Shown here piece after piece: positions 1 through 8,727 of a stretch of DNA of 64,000 bases. Source of the stretch: Flavobacteriales bacterium. Lineage in GTDB: Bacteria > Bacteroidota > Bacteroidia > Flavobacteriales_F > PHOS-HE28. The notes below the pieces were generated by a model that did not search any database, was not told the DNA's origin, and worked only from the letters and a program-made list of their open reading frames with translations. The stretch lies in the NCBI GenBank assembly GCA_046329115.1, contig JAXLVG010000002.1, forward strand, positions 3,714 through 67,713, given 5' to 3'. The position numbers and the translations under genes were made by a program. How positions within the stretch are numbered: position 1 is the first letter of the stretch; each line of letters opens with the position of its first letter.

Positions 1-492
1 ATACCCCTGTTGGTGCGCAGGGGAGGCACGGTATCCCTCGCCGATGGAACATACCCGTTCCAGCTCGCATTGCCCGCTGGCTCGTATCACGTGGTGGTGC
101 GCCATCGCAATCACCTCCCCGTGTCAGCCGCCACACCCGTCACGTTGTCCACCAATGGGCAAACGGTCGCGATGGATCTGACCTCGGCGGCAGCGCAGGC
201 CTATGGCTCGGAGGCACAAGTGCTGGTCGGTTCGCTGTACTGCATGTGGGCGGGAGATGTGAACGGTGACGGTTCCATCAAGTACACCGGCAGCGGGAAC
301 GACCGCGACCCGATCCTGGTAAGCGTGGGAAGCGCCACCCCGAACAACCTGGTGAACAATGTGTACAGCACGCGCGACGTGAACATGAACGGCCAGGTGA
401 ACTACACCGGCAGCGGGAACGACCGAGACCCCATCCTGGTGAACGTGGGCAGCACCACACCGAACAACGTCCGCAACGCACATCTGCCCTGA
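1..492 (+). CDS. 3' fragment (5' truncated at window edge) of a secreted protein carrying the novel RHRNHL/twin dockerin-like C-terminal module
   Basis: The frame is open from nt 1. The protein holds VVRHRNHLPV followed by two DVNGDG...NDRDPILV...TPNN repeats and ends ...NAHLP. It aligns with the C-termini of the proteins at 13504-16311, 20547-23417, 36715-38922 and 56798-59212. Confidence 0.7.
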   Translation: MPLLVRRGGTVSLADGTYPFQLALPAGSYHVVVRHRNHLPVSAATPVTLSTNGQTVAMDLTSAAAQAYGSEAQVLVGSLYCMWAGDVNGDGSIKYTGSGNDRDPILVSVGSATPNNLVNNVYSTRDVNMNGQVNYTGSGNDRDPILVNVGSTTPNNVRNAHLP

Positions 493-573
493 GCGAAGTC
501 CATTCGCGGCAGGCGACCAGGGAGGCCGGACCGAATTCAGGCCACCCTTTTCAATGACCAGGCGCTGGCCGGC

Positions 574-608
574 GCGTTGACGATGACGAGCGTGCCGATC
601 GGGAAGGC
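574..608. promoter_or_regulatory. Recurrent downstream motif GCGTTGAC(G/A)ATGACGAGCGTGC(C/G)GA(T/C)CGGGAAGGC (copy 1)
   Basis: The same roughly 35 nt string is seen at 23456-23490 (3 mismatches) and in shortened form at 25375-25398. Each copy lies 55-100 nt downstream of the stop of a plus-strand secreted-protein gene. Confidence 0.3.
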
Positions 609-644
609 CTGAGCTGCGGTGCGCCCGTCACGATCGTGTGCAGG

Positions 645-2750
645 CTACGCCCGTTCCACGAAGAACATCTCCATCGCCCCCTTGCCCTTGGCCTGCACCT
701 TGCCGCGGGGGGTGAAGGTGAATGCTGGCGTTGTCACTTGTTGGTTGTCGGTTGTACGGCTGCCGTCACCCGGACCGCCAGCAGACAACTGCGGACCTGC
801 AACCAACCGGTACGTCGCTTCACTGATGTTCACCTTGCCCACCTCACCGGACGATTCCATGCGGCTCGCCGTGTTCACCGTGTCGCCCCAGATGTCGTAC
901 TGGAACTTCTTCACCCCCACGATGCCCGCCACCACCGGGCCGCTGTGCACGCCGATGCGCACTTCGAAGTAGGGCTTGCCCGCCGCGATCTTCCGCTGCT
1001 TGCCCTCCTCGATGAAGTCGCGCATCTCCAGGGCGGCCTTGATGGTGTCCACCGCGTGGGTGGCGTTCGCCACCGGCAGACCACCGGCGGCCATGTAGGC
1101 ATCGCCGATGGTCTTGATCTTCTCGATCCCGTACTTCTCCGTGATCCTGTCGAAGGCGCTGAAGCACTCGTTCAGGTCGCGCACCAGCTCGCGCGGCGTC
1201 AGGTTCTCGCTGAGCGAGGTGAAGCCCTTGAAGTCCGTGAAGAGCACGGTGACCTGATCGATCTGTACGGCCTGCGCCTCCCCCTTTTGCTTCAGCTCCT
1301 CGGCCACCTCCTCCGGCAGGATGTTCAACAACAGGGCCTCGCTGCGTGCCTTCTCCCGGCTGATGCGATTGCGCTGGGTGAAGAACACGATGGCAAAGAG
1401 CGCCACCAGGGCGAAGCCGCCCACGAAGCCGTTGCGGATCACCTTCTGCTTCTGGATCTCCTTGTTCTTCACCGCGGCTTCGGCGGCGAAGGAGAGGCTG
1501 TCGCTCAAGGCGCGTCGGTCGTTCGCGTGCTGGTACTCGGACCGCAGGAGCGCGCGTTGCTCATCCGCGGTCTTCGTACTGTCGCGCAAGGCCAGCAGAT
1601 CCGCGGCCATGCGGTGTGCCATGCGGAGATCCCCCGTCTCTGCATAGCGTGCCTGAAGGAAGAGCAGGAGCTTGTCCATGTTCTCGGGGTCCGGAACACT
1701 GCGCGCCCAAGCCAGCGCCTGCTCGGCCATGGTGATGGCCTTGCGGATGTCATTGCGATGGTACCACCATTCGGCCATCGCATGGCCGGCCGCAGCCTGC
1801 TGCTGCACGTCCTGATGTGCAACGGCCGAGCGCATGGCCTGCTCGAACAGGACCATCGCCGTATCGGTGCGTCCGGCCTCCTGGTGGGCCACACCGAGGT
1901 TCACGAGCAATTGGCCGTACTCCCGCGTTCCTTCCTGGCCGTGTAGCAGTGTCACGGCCTGCTGCCAGAGCTCCACGGCCGCAGGCTTCCTTCCTTCCTC
2001 GTGCAGCAGGGCACCCAGGTTCATGAGCGCCGTCGCACGCCAGGACCGTTCGCCGTTGCGCTCCAATCGACCGATCGCCTCACGGTACAAGGCTTCGGCC
2101 TTCGTGTTGTCGCCAAGCCGCTTGTACATCAGGGCCAGGTTCGACATCACCTGGGCGGACATCACTTCCTGGCCCAGGGTGTCCAGTGCGCGCACAGTGC
2201 GGTCATACCACGTGATGGCCACCATGTACCGACCAAGCGACTCGTTGATCAATGCGATGTTGTTCATGATGGCGGTGGCCAGGTCGTTCCGGCCGGCCTG
2301 CTGGGCCAGCTTCAGCGCCTCCTCAAGGTCGAACAAGCCCTCGTCCGCGCGGCCCATGGACAGGCGGACACTGCCCCGATTGCCCATGGCCGATGCGGCC
2401 AACGCCGGGTCACCGGCGCTCGTGGAAAGGACCAGCACCCGGTCGTAGATCGCCAGTGCACTGTCCGAATGACCCAGTTCCTTGTGCGCGTTGCCCACCA
2501 GGTTGATCGCCGAGCGGTGCGCACGTTCCATCCCTGATCGGCGGGTGAAGCGCTCCAGCGCACGGGCGTAGTGCAGGGAGCTGTCGGGAAGCACGTACAG
2601 GTACGCCTGGCAGAGATCGAACCCGGCACTGTACCGTGCACTGTCCGGCAGCACGGGGTCCGCCCATGCGCTGCGCAGGCTGTCGATGTTCTGCGCGTTC
2701 GCCGCCCAAGGGACCAGCAACGAGAGCGACCACGTCCAGCGCATCCTCAT
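645..2750 (-). CDS. Membrane-anchored class III adenylate/guanylate cyclase with a periplasmic TPR sensor region
   Basis: Signal peptide MRMRWTWSLSLLVPWAANAQ, TPR-like repeats, then a TM helix (GFVGGFALVALFAIVFF). The C-terminal CHD domain has LFTDFKGFTSL...IKTIGDAYMAAGG...YDIWGDTVNTASRMES. The ATGA overlap with the upstream gene implies translational coupling. Confidence 0.85.
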   Translation of the reverse strand: MRMRWTWSLSLLVPWAANAQNIDSLRSAWADPVLPDSARYSAGFDLCQAYLYVLPDSSLHYARALERFTRRSGMERAHRSAINLVGNAHKELGHSDSALAIYDRVLVLSTSAGDPALAASAMGNRGSVRLSMGRADEGLFDLEEALKLAQQAGRNDLATAIMNNIALINESLGRYMVAITWYDRTVRALDTLGQEVMSAQVMSNLALMYKRLGDNTKAEALYREAIGRLERNGERSWRATALMNLGALLHEEGRKPAAVELWQQAVTLLHGQEGTREYGQLLVNLGVAHQEAGRTDTAMVLFEQAMRSAVAHQDVQQQAAAGHAMAEWWYHRNDIRKAITMAEQALAWARSVPDPENMDKLLLFLQARYAETGDLRMAHRMAADLLALRDSTKTADEQRALLRSEYQHANDRRALSDSLSFAAEAAVKNKEIQKQKVIRNGFVGGFALVALFAIVFFTQRNRISREKARSEALLLNILPEEVAEELKQKGEAQAVQIDQVTVLFTDFKGFTSLSENLTPRELVRDLNECFSAFDRITEKYGIEKIKTIGDAYMAAGGLPVANATHAVDTIKAALEMRDFIEEGKQRKIAAGKPYFEVRIGVHSGPVVAGIVGVKKFQYDIWGDTVNTASRMESSGEVGKVNISEATYRLVAGPQLSAGGPGDGSRTTDNQQVTTPAFTFTPRGKVQAKGKGAMEMFFVERA

Positions 2751-4516
2751 CGGCGGTCCAGAGCGTCCAACCGTTCGCGCAACCGTTCGATCAGTTCGCG
2801 TTGCTCTTCGATCAAGGCCTGCTGCTCCTGCACGGCCTTCACCAACGGCACAACGAACTCGGCGTACCGCAGGCCGAGCATGCGGTCGCTGTCGGTCACC
2901 TTGTCCACCCCACTGAAATCATAGCCGACCGCCCTCGCCGCCGAGTCCACTTCCTGGGCGATGAAACCGGTGTAGCGGATGGCCTCCTTCTCCCGCCGCG
3001 CCTGTAGGATCTCCTCCGGTCGCTCGCGCGGGATGGGATGTCCGAGGGAGTCCTCGGTGGTGTCCTCCCCAAGGTCCTTCACGATGCGGGCGACATCCAC
3101 ATGGTAGGTGACCGGTCGAAGTTTCAGGATGAAATCAAGACCGCGCACATCCTCGCGCACATCGCGCTTGTAGCGCGCATCGCTGGGCAGCGTGGTCCAG
3201 CCGGCATACCCGCCGATGCTCGTGACAGCGTTGTTGCCCAGCCGCACGCGGTTGCTCCCGTCGAGCACGGTGCCGTAGCCGAGCGCGGTCGCATTGGTGT
3301 AGCCCGCTGCGTTCTGAACGATGGCCGCCCCCACCAAGGTGCTGTTGGTCGCCCCTGCCAGACCTGCCTGGAACCCGATGGCCGTGTTGTAGTTCTGGTT
3401 CGTGATGCCGATGCCGGCCTGGTAGCCGACGGCGGTGTTGTAGTCTCCCGTTACCGTTGCATTGACACCGATGGCCTGGAAGCCGACAGCCGTGTTGTTC
3501 ACCCCTACGGTGTTGTTCCATAGCGCGAATGCCCCGACAGCGGTGTTGTCGACCCCTGTTGAATTGTCCTCGAGCGCTTCAGCACCAACAGCGACGTTGT
3601 AGATGCCCGATGTGTTGGCATAGAGTGCGGTCTGACCCACGGCGGTGTTCCCGTTGGCCACGTTCGTGTATAGCGCACTGCTGCCAACGGCCGTGTTCCC
3701 GGTGCCCAGCACATTCACCCGCAGCGCGTCACTTCCCACGGCCGTGTTGTCCGCACCAACTCCATTGAAGAGCATGGCTTCGGAACCGACGGCCGTGTTG
3801 TCGCTTCCCACGGTGACGTTCATGGCACGGAAGCCCACGGCGGTGTTGTTGCTGGTGCTGAGGTTCAGGTTCAAGGCCTGGCTGCCTACGGCGGTGTTCT
3901 GGCCGCCCGTGGTGTTGGTGGCCAGCGCCTGGCTGCCCAGGGCGGTGTTGTTGTTCGCCGTGGTATTGGCCGTGAGCGCGTTCTTGCCAACGGCCGTGTT
4001 GTTGGTGCCCGTGTTCACCAGCAGGGCGCGGTGGCCCCAGGACGTGGTGGTACCGGACGGTGTGAGGAAACCGCTGCGCTCATTGTCCACCCGCACCTCC
4101 AACTGGTTGTTGTCCGTGGTGCCCAGGAAGTTGGTGCCGAGCGTCATGCCCGCATTGCCAGTGGTGCTCCAGCCACCACCCGCATTGATCAAGCTGGTCC
4201 ACGCTGTACCATTGAAGTACCAGAAGCCGTCCGTGGTGGTGTCATAGACCAGCAGACCGGTCGCGGGTGCTGCAATGGCGGTCCTCTCGGCCGAGGTGAC
4301 CCGGGGGATGAGCACACCGCGCTTCGTGCCGGTGATCGCGCTGCCATCGATATCCAGCAACGCGCTGGGGTGTGGCGCGGAACCATCCACGTTGATGCCG
4401 ATGTTCTGGGCACGGGCGGTCGCCATCCAGGCGCACACGCACAGCGCGGTGATCGCGACCTCGCGGCTCATCCCCCAAAGCACCGCGGAACAGCGGCGCC
4501 GGGCAATAACCCGCAC
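2747..4516 (-). CDS. Tail-fibre domain protein with a C-terminal peptidase S74 intramolecular chaperone domain and NTAVG-type repeats
   Basis: The C-terminus reads [14 protein letters not shown]...[12 protein letters not shown]...[19 protein letters not shown] plus a coiled coil. The N-terminus reads IGINVDGSAPHPSALLDIDGS...LLVYDTTTDGFWYFNGTAWTSL. A probable ATG start near 4470 (MSREV, signal peptide) is an alternative to the GTG at 4516. Confidence 0.8.
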   Translation of the reverse strand: MRVIARRRCSAVLWGMSREVAITALCVCAWMATARAQNIGINVDGSAPHPSALLDIDGSAITGTKRGVLIPRVTSAERTAIAAPATGLLVYDTTTDGFWYFNGTAWTSLINAGGGWSTTGNAGMTLGTNFLGTTDNNQLEVRVDNERSGFLTPSGTTTSWGHRALLVNTGTNNTAVGKNALTANTTANNNTALGSQALATNTTGGQNTAVGSQALNLNLSTSNNTAVGFRAMNVTVGSDNTAVGSEAMLFNGVGADNTAVGSDALRVNVLGTGNTAVGSSALYTNVANGNTAVGQTALYANTSGIYNVAVGAEALEDNSTGVDNTAVGAFALWNNTVGVNNTAVGFQAIGVNATVTGDYNTAVGYQAGIGITNQNYNTAIGFQAGLAGATNSTLVGAAIVQNAAGYTNATALGYGTVLDGSNRVRLGNNAVTSIGGYAGWTTLPSDARYKRDVREDVRGLDFILKLRPVTYHVDVARIVKDLGEDTTEDSLGHPIPRERPEEILQARREKEAIRYTGFIAQEVDSAARAVGYDFSGVDKVTDSDRMLGLRYAEFVVPLVKAVQEQQALIEEQRELIERLRERLDALDRR

Positions 4517-4525
4517 GTGTTAACG
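4502..4525 (-). promoter_or_regulatory. GGCAATAACCCG...CGTGTTAACG operator-like motif upstream of the tail-fibre gene
   Basis: ggcaataacccgcacgtgttaacg is nearly identical to 8605-8628. It shares the half-site CAATAACCCG with the 7-2-7 palindromes at 10332-10347 and 13434-13449 and with the inverted arms at 20477-20518. Confidence 0.4.
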
Positions 4526-6418
4526 CCCTTCCAGCTGCGCGATACGCTTCTCCAGCCGTTCGATGATGGCCTGCTGCTCCTGCACAGCCTTCACCAACGG
4601 CACAACGAACTCGGCGTAGCGCAAGCCGTACAGGCCGTCGGCGCTCGCCGGTCGGTCAACGCCACTGAAGTCATAGCCCAGTGATCGGCTGGCGGCCTCC
4701 ACTTCCTGTGCGATGAAACCGGTGTAGCGGATGCGCGACTGCTCATCGCGCGCTTGGACATCGAGCGGGTCGGTCTTGTGGATCTCCGCGCCGGTGCTGT
4801 CGTAGCGCACGTCCTCCTTCAACTGCGCGGCCAAGCCGTGGGCATCCACGTTGTAGGTGACGGGTCGCAGTTTCAGGATCAGGTCCAAGCCATGCACATC
4901 CTCGCGCACAGCGGTCTTGAAACGGCCATCGCTGTATGTGGTGAAGTTGACTTGCCCCTTGATGCTGGTGATACTGGTGTTGCCCACATGGATGCGGTTG
5001 CTGGCGTCGGGGTGCGCATTGTACCCCAAGGCCATGGCATTGGTGAAATTGCCTGCGGGATAGGCCAGATAGCCCAGGCTGGTGCAGTTGGTGGTGGACA
5101 CGTTGTTACCGGCGTCGTTCCCCACGGCAGTATTGCCGCTTTGTGAAGTGATCGTGCCCAAGGCATATCTGCCCATAGCCGTGTTGAAGGATCCAGAGGT
5201 GAGGTCTTCCATGGCACGGTGGCCGACGCCGGTGTTGAACTCCCCACTATATACCGACTCAAGCGTATATGCACCGACGGCAACGTTCGCCGACGAATTG
5301 TTTCCTGCGAGGTTGGCGTTCCCGCGCAATGCTTGATATCCTATTGCCACGTTGTAGTTTCCGGAGTCACTTTGGTAAAGCGTCTCGAATCCGAGCGCGA
5401 CATTACCGGTCCCCTTGCTTGAGTTCCACATTGCTCTGGCGCCAACCGCCGTGTTCGCCGTAGCATTGCTATTATCCAAGGCATTCGCCCCACAGGCCGT
5501 GTTGTCATTCCCAGCACGGTTGGAACTGAGCGCGTGGTGTCCTACCGCGGTGTTGAACTCTCCCGTGGTATTGAGTGCAAGGGCGAGACTTCCAACTGCG
5601 ACGGAGAATGATTGTCCTGCGCAGTCTCTCAACGCGGCAAAGCCGAACGCGGTACTCACATTGTCCAGCCCTGATGCAAGCGCATCGGTGCCCAATCCAG
5701 TGGACCATTCTGAAACGATCCCAGCGTGTTGATTGTTGACTTTGAAGCGCAACGGCATGTCATCCGTTGTTCCGATGAAGTGCGTTGCCGTATCCGTGCC
5801 CGCATTCCCTTGCAACCCCCACGCATTCAATGCACCATCCGCACCAGCAGGCCCTTGAGGTCCCGCTGCCCCTTGCGGACCTGTGGCACCCATGGGTCCT
5901 GGTGGTCCTTGCGCACCGGTGGCTCCGGTCGCCCCTGTTGCACCAGCTGGACCGGTCGCCCCTTGTGGCCCGGTAGCACCCACGGGACCTTGCGGGCCTG
6001 CGGGACCGGCCGGTCCTTGTGGGCCGGGCGTGTTGCTCGTTTCAGCATGCAGCGCATATGGCACACTGAGCAGTTGGGTCGTGCTGATGGTGACGCCGTT
6101 CACACGGGTGCGTGCGAACCAAGGACCATCGCTCCAGTCGACGGCGGCCCACGAACCGTTCACGGGCGTGCCCTGCCCGAAGGCGAGGTTCACCAAGCCG
6201 AAGTTGTTCGTGGTGGCGGTATGCTCTTCGCTATAGACCACCGGTCCGTTGATCGCGCCCTGCAGCAGCGACAGTTCGATGGCGGCAGGGACGTTCGCTT
6301 GCACCACACCACTGCCATCGCGCACGATGGCCTGGTAGCTGAAGCTCTGCGGCGCTTGGGCGCAAAGGACCGTACAGGTCACCAGCGCGCACATCAAGAA
6401 GGCGGTTCGCTTGCTCAT
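4520..6418 (-). CDS. Collagen-like (Gly-X-Y) tail-fibre domain protein with a peptidase S74 chaperone C-terminus
   Basis: Signal peptide, then a 60+ residue [64 protein letters not shown] tract. NTA(V/I)G repeats follow, and the C-terminus reads [13 protein letters not shown]...[12 protein letters not shown]...[20 protein letters not shown]. Confidence 0.85.
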   Translation of the reverse strand: MSKRTAFLMCALVTCTVLCAQAPQSFSYQAIVRDGSGVVQANVPAAIELSLLQGAINGPVVYSEEHTATTNNFGLVNLAFGQGTPVNGSWAAVDWSDGPWFARTRVNGVTISTTQLLSVPYALHAETSNTPGPQGPAGPAGPQGPVGATGPQGATGPAGATGATGATGAQGPPGPMGATGPQGAAGPQGPAGADGALNAWGLQGNAGTDTATHFIGTTDDMPLRFKVNNQHAGIVSEWSTGLGTDALASGLDNVSTAFGFAALRDCAGQSFSVAVGSLALALNTTGEFNTAVGHHALSSNRAGNDNTACGANALDNSNATANTAVGARAMWNSSKGTGNVALGFETLYQSDSGNYNVAIGYQALRGNANLAGNNSSANVAVGAYTLESVYSGEFNTGVGHRAMEDLTSGSFNTAMGRYALGTITSQSGNTAVGNDAGNNVSTTNCTSLGYLAYPAGNFTNAMALGYNAHPDASNRIHVGNTSITSIKGQVNFTTYSDGRFKTAVREDVHGLDLILKLRPVTYNVDAHGLAAQLKEDVRYDSTGAEIHKTDPLDVQARDEQSRIRYTGFIAQEVEAASRSLGYDFSGVDRPASADGLYGLRYAEFVVPLVKAVQEQQAIIERLEKRIAQLEGR

Positions 6419-6873
6419 TGGGACACGATGAACGGGATGGTCTGTAGTTCAGTGTTGCTCCCATCGAAGACCCGTAACCGATACGCTCCACTGGCCAGAT
6501 GATCGACGGCCCAAGCATTCGTCGAAGCGTTGATCGGCCATGTGTCGACGTGTTGACCGAGTGCGTTCAGCACGACCGCATGATGGGCCTCGGAAGAGGT
6601 GGTGCTGAGCTGCAGCAGGCCGCGCGTGGGATTGGGATAGAGCTGCCAGTCCGCGATGGATGTGATCGGCACGACGGCCGTGCTGAAGTCGGACGGGGGT
6701 TGATGGAAACCTTGTGTGGCGACCACGTTGGCGGCTGTGCCCGTTGCGACCACGGGCTCACCGATGGTCCATGCGACGCGCAGGCCACCGGACACCCCCT
6801 CGCCACCTGCTGCAGCGGTGACCTGCTGGGCGTGCGACCGGACCGGTAGCAGAAGTGCGATGACAAGGGTCAT
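6415..6873 (-). CDS. Small secreted protein with a T9SS type-A C-terminal sorting domain
   Basis: Signal peptide [17 protein letters not shown]. The C-terminus reads [15 protein letters not shown]...LNALGQHV...ASGAYRLRV...TIPFIVSQ, typical of the Por secretion CTD. The stop overlaps the start of 4520-6418 (ATGA). Confidence 0.7.
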   Translation of the reverse strand: MTLVIALLLPVRSHAQQVTAAAGGEGVSGGLRVAWTIGEPVVATGTAANVVATQGFHQPPSDFSTAVVPITSIADWQLYPNPTRGLLQLSTTSSEAHHAVVLNALGQHVDTWPINASTNAWAVDHLASGAYRLRVFDGSNTELQTIPFIVSQ

Positions 6874-6917
6874 GGTCACCCTGCTCACGACCTCCACCAC
6901 ACGAATGCAAGGCATGC

Positions 6918-8560
6918 TCAATGCTTGATGACGGTGGCGGAATGAACGCCCTGTGAGCGCACCAGCACGGTGTATGCTCCGGGCGCCAGCGCGAACAGAT
7001 CAAGGTGCACCAGTTGTTGGCCCGCGCAGGGTCCGCTCAGCAACCGGTCCAACACGCAGCGTCCGGAACTCTCGATCACCTGCAAGCGCACCGCGCCGCT
7101 GGAGCATGGGAAGGTCAGCTGGACATCACCCGTGGTGAACGAGGGCCAAAGCGAGAATGGCGCCCTGGCGGGCACAGGTTCGGCTTGGCCGGTGTTCACC
7201 GGACCCGCATACTTCACCATGGCGATGTGGAACAGGCCGTCGACCTCCGCACGGCCGATGCCCAGGACAGAACCATCGCTGCAGATGACCAGGTGATTGC
7301 AGGTCTCGTCCCCGCCGGCCTCATCATAGTCCGGGGCCTGGAACCCCTCGTTGTAAGAGAGGTCTGAACCCAGGTCTTCCAGTTGCTCCACGTGCCAGTC
7401 CTCCGCACCGGCCGCCGGGGGAACGTTCCCACCGACGAAGATCCTCCCATCATCCGTTACAGCGAGGGCGTTGTACGCATCCTCCCCGATCTCTGTATCC
7501 TGACCTAACGCGTCCAACACGCCCCCCTCCAGATCGAACAACCAGGCTCTCCGTTCCTGGGTACCCCCGCCGATACGACGCACACCGGCCACGACCATGC
7601 GGTCCTCTCCCAGCATTGAAATGGCACGCCCAGAGAGCTCATCGTCCTCATCGGGCAGCTACGACGCACACCGACCATGCGGTCCTCTCCCAGCATTGAA
7701 ATGGCACGCCCAGAGAGCGCATCGTCCTCATCGGGCAGCAGGGTCACGCCATTGCTATTGCCAAAGGTGGATGAGTAGCCGCCACCGGGATCCACATAGC
7801 CTAATAGCAGCGAGGAGTAACCCGAGAAGGCGAACGCGTCACCGCAGAAATAAATGTTCCCGTTGCTCGCGAGGGTGGCCGCGAGCAGTCTGCCTGCTGT
7901 CGCCTCGCTGAGCGTGAACAGGATCGATCCGTCGCCACCGAAGGAGGGGTCGAGGCCACCGTTCTCCAGATAACGCTCGATCACCACCTGGGTCTCCTCC
8001 TCCGTGGGGCCGGTATAGCCGCACAACACCAGCTTTCCGTCAGGCTGCACCAGTACTTCGCGGCACTCCTCGTGCACCGCCGTGCTGTTGATGTCGCGTT
8101 GGATCAGGCCCGTACCGTTGAAGGTCGCATCCAGCGATCCATCCGCCAGGAAGCGGGCGATGAACATGTTGCGCTCGGTGCCGAACTGGTCGTCATGCAT
8201 ATAGCCCCCCACCACGTAACGGCCCTGCGCATCGATCACCATGGAGCGGGCGAACTCCTCCGTCGGTGAAAGATCGTGCACCACCACCCCATTGTTGCCG
8301 AAGGTCATGTCCGGAGCTCCATCCGCCAGGAAGCGCAGGAGCACGGTACGCGAGCCGTCCACGTCCACTGAGCGGCCCACCACAACGATGCGTCCATCCG
8401 CTTGTTCGGCCCCTGTGACCGCTTGATCGGTGCCCGCGTTCCCTAAGGTGGGCACGAGCAATTTGCCATTGTCGCCGAAGGTGGCGTCCCATGCGCCAGT
8501 CTGGGCATGGATCGGCAACACCGCAAGTACCAGGATGTGGATGCAGAACGAACGAGGCAT
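6918..8560 (-). pseudogene. Delta-60 repeat beta-propeller protein with a T9SS CTD, frameshifted by an internal tandem duplication
   Basis: ORFs 7505-8599 (signal peptide plus delta-60 repeats FGDNGK...) and 6918-7616 (T9SS CTD) overlap. Both contain MLGEDRMV at the duplicated segment. The fused sequence matches the intact paralog 8728-10278 (ARSIALQPDGNMVVAGVKRPTGGSQ vs GRAISMLGEDRMVVAGVRRIGGGTQ). Confidence 0.65.
7575..7740. repeat. Tandem direct duplication (86 bp + 80 bp) inside a coding region
   Basis: acgacgcacacc(ggccac)gaccatgcggtcctctcccagcattgaaatggcacgcccagagagc(t/g)catcgtcctcatcgggcagc occurs twice back to back. The second copy lacks 6 bp. The net insertion is 80 bp, which is not a multiple of 3. 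Confidence 0.85.
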
Positions 8561-8604
8561 GGTGCGAGGTTCTGGCTTGCGAAGCACGCTTCGGGACAAG
8601 CGCA

Positions 8605-8628
8605 GGACAATAACCCGAGCGTGTTAAC
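8605..8628 (-). promoter_or_regulatory. CAATAACCCG...CGTGTTAACG operator-like motif upstream of the delta-60 pseudogene
   Basis: gacaataacccgagcgtgttaacg matches 4502-4525 at 22 of 24 positions. Confidence 0.4.
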
Positions 8629-8727
8629 GTGCCGGCATGCGGAGGAACTGGAAGGCCGCCCGGTATGGGGCGGCCTTCCAGGGCTTCATTCATCGGCAGG
8701 GGCGCATGCATGCCACCATCCGTCAGA

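Noticed and set aside
645-2750. Cyclase as a Pycsar or CBASS-like antiphage nucleotide cyclase.
   Set aside because: The architecture (signal peptide, periplasmic TPR, TM, CHD) is that of a sensory membrane adenylate cyclase. No CNB-domain or TM effector gene is adjacent. The partners are histidine kinases.
4497-4503. My hand translation around 4497-4503 disagreed by one base with the supplied six-frame track (a run of G read as 4 vs 3).
   Set aside because: This is most likely a counting slip on my side. The supplied ORF track frames were trusted, and coordinates near here should be treated as +/-1.
2747-6418. Tail-fibre genes as evidence of a prophage or tailocin.
   Set aside because: There are no capsid, portal, terminase, sheath, baseplate, integrase or lysis genes anywhere in the 64 kb. 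Flanking genes are T9SS cargo and signalling genes. Peptidase-S74 fibre proteins are common cellular proteins in Bacteroidota.
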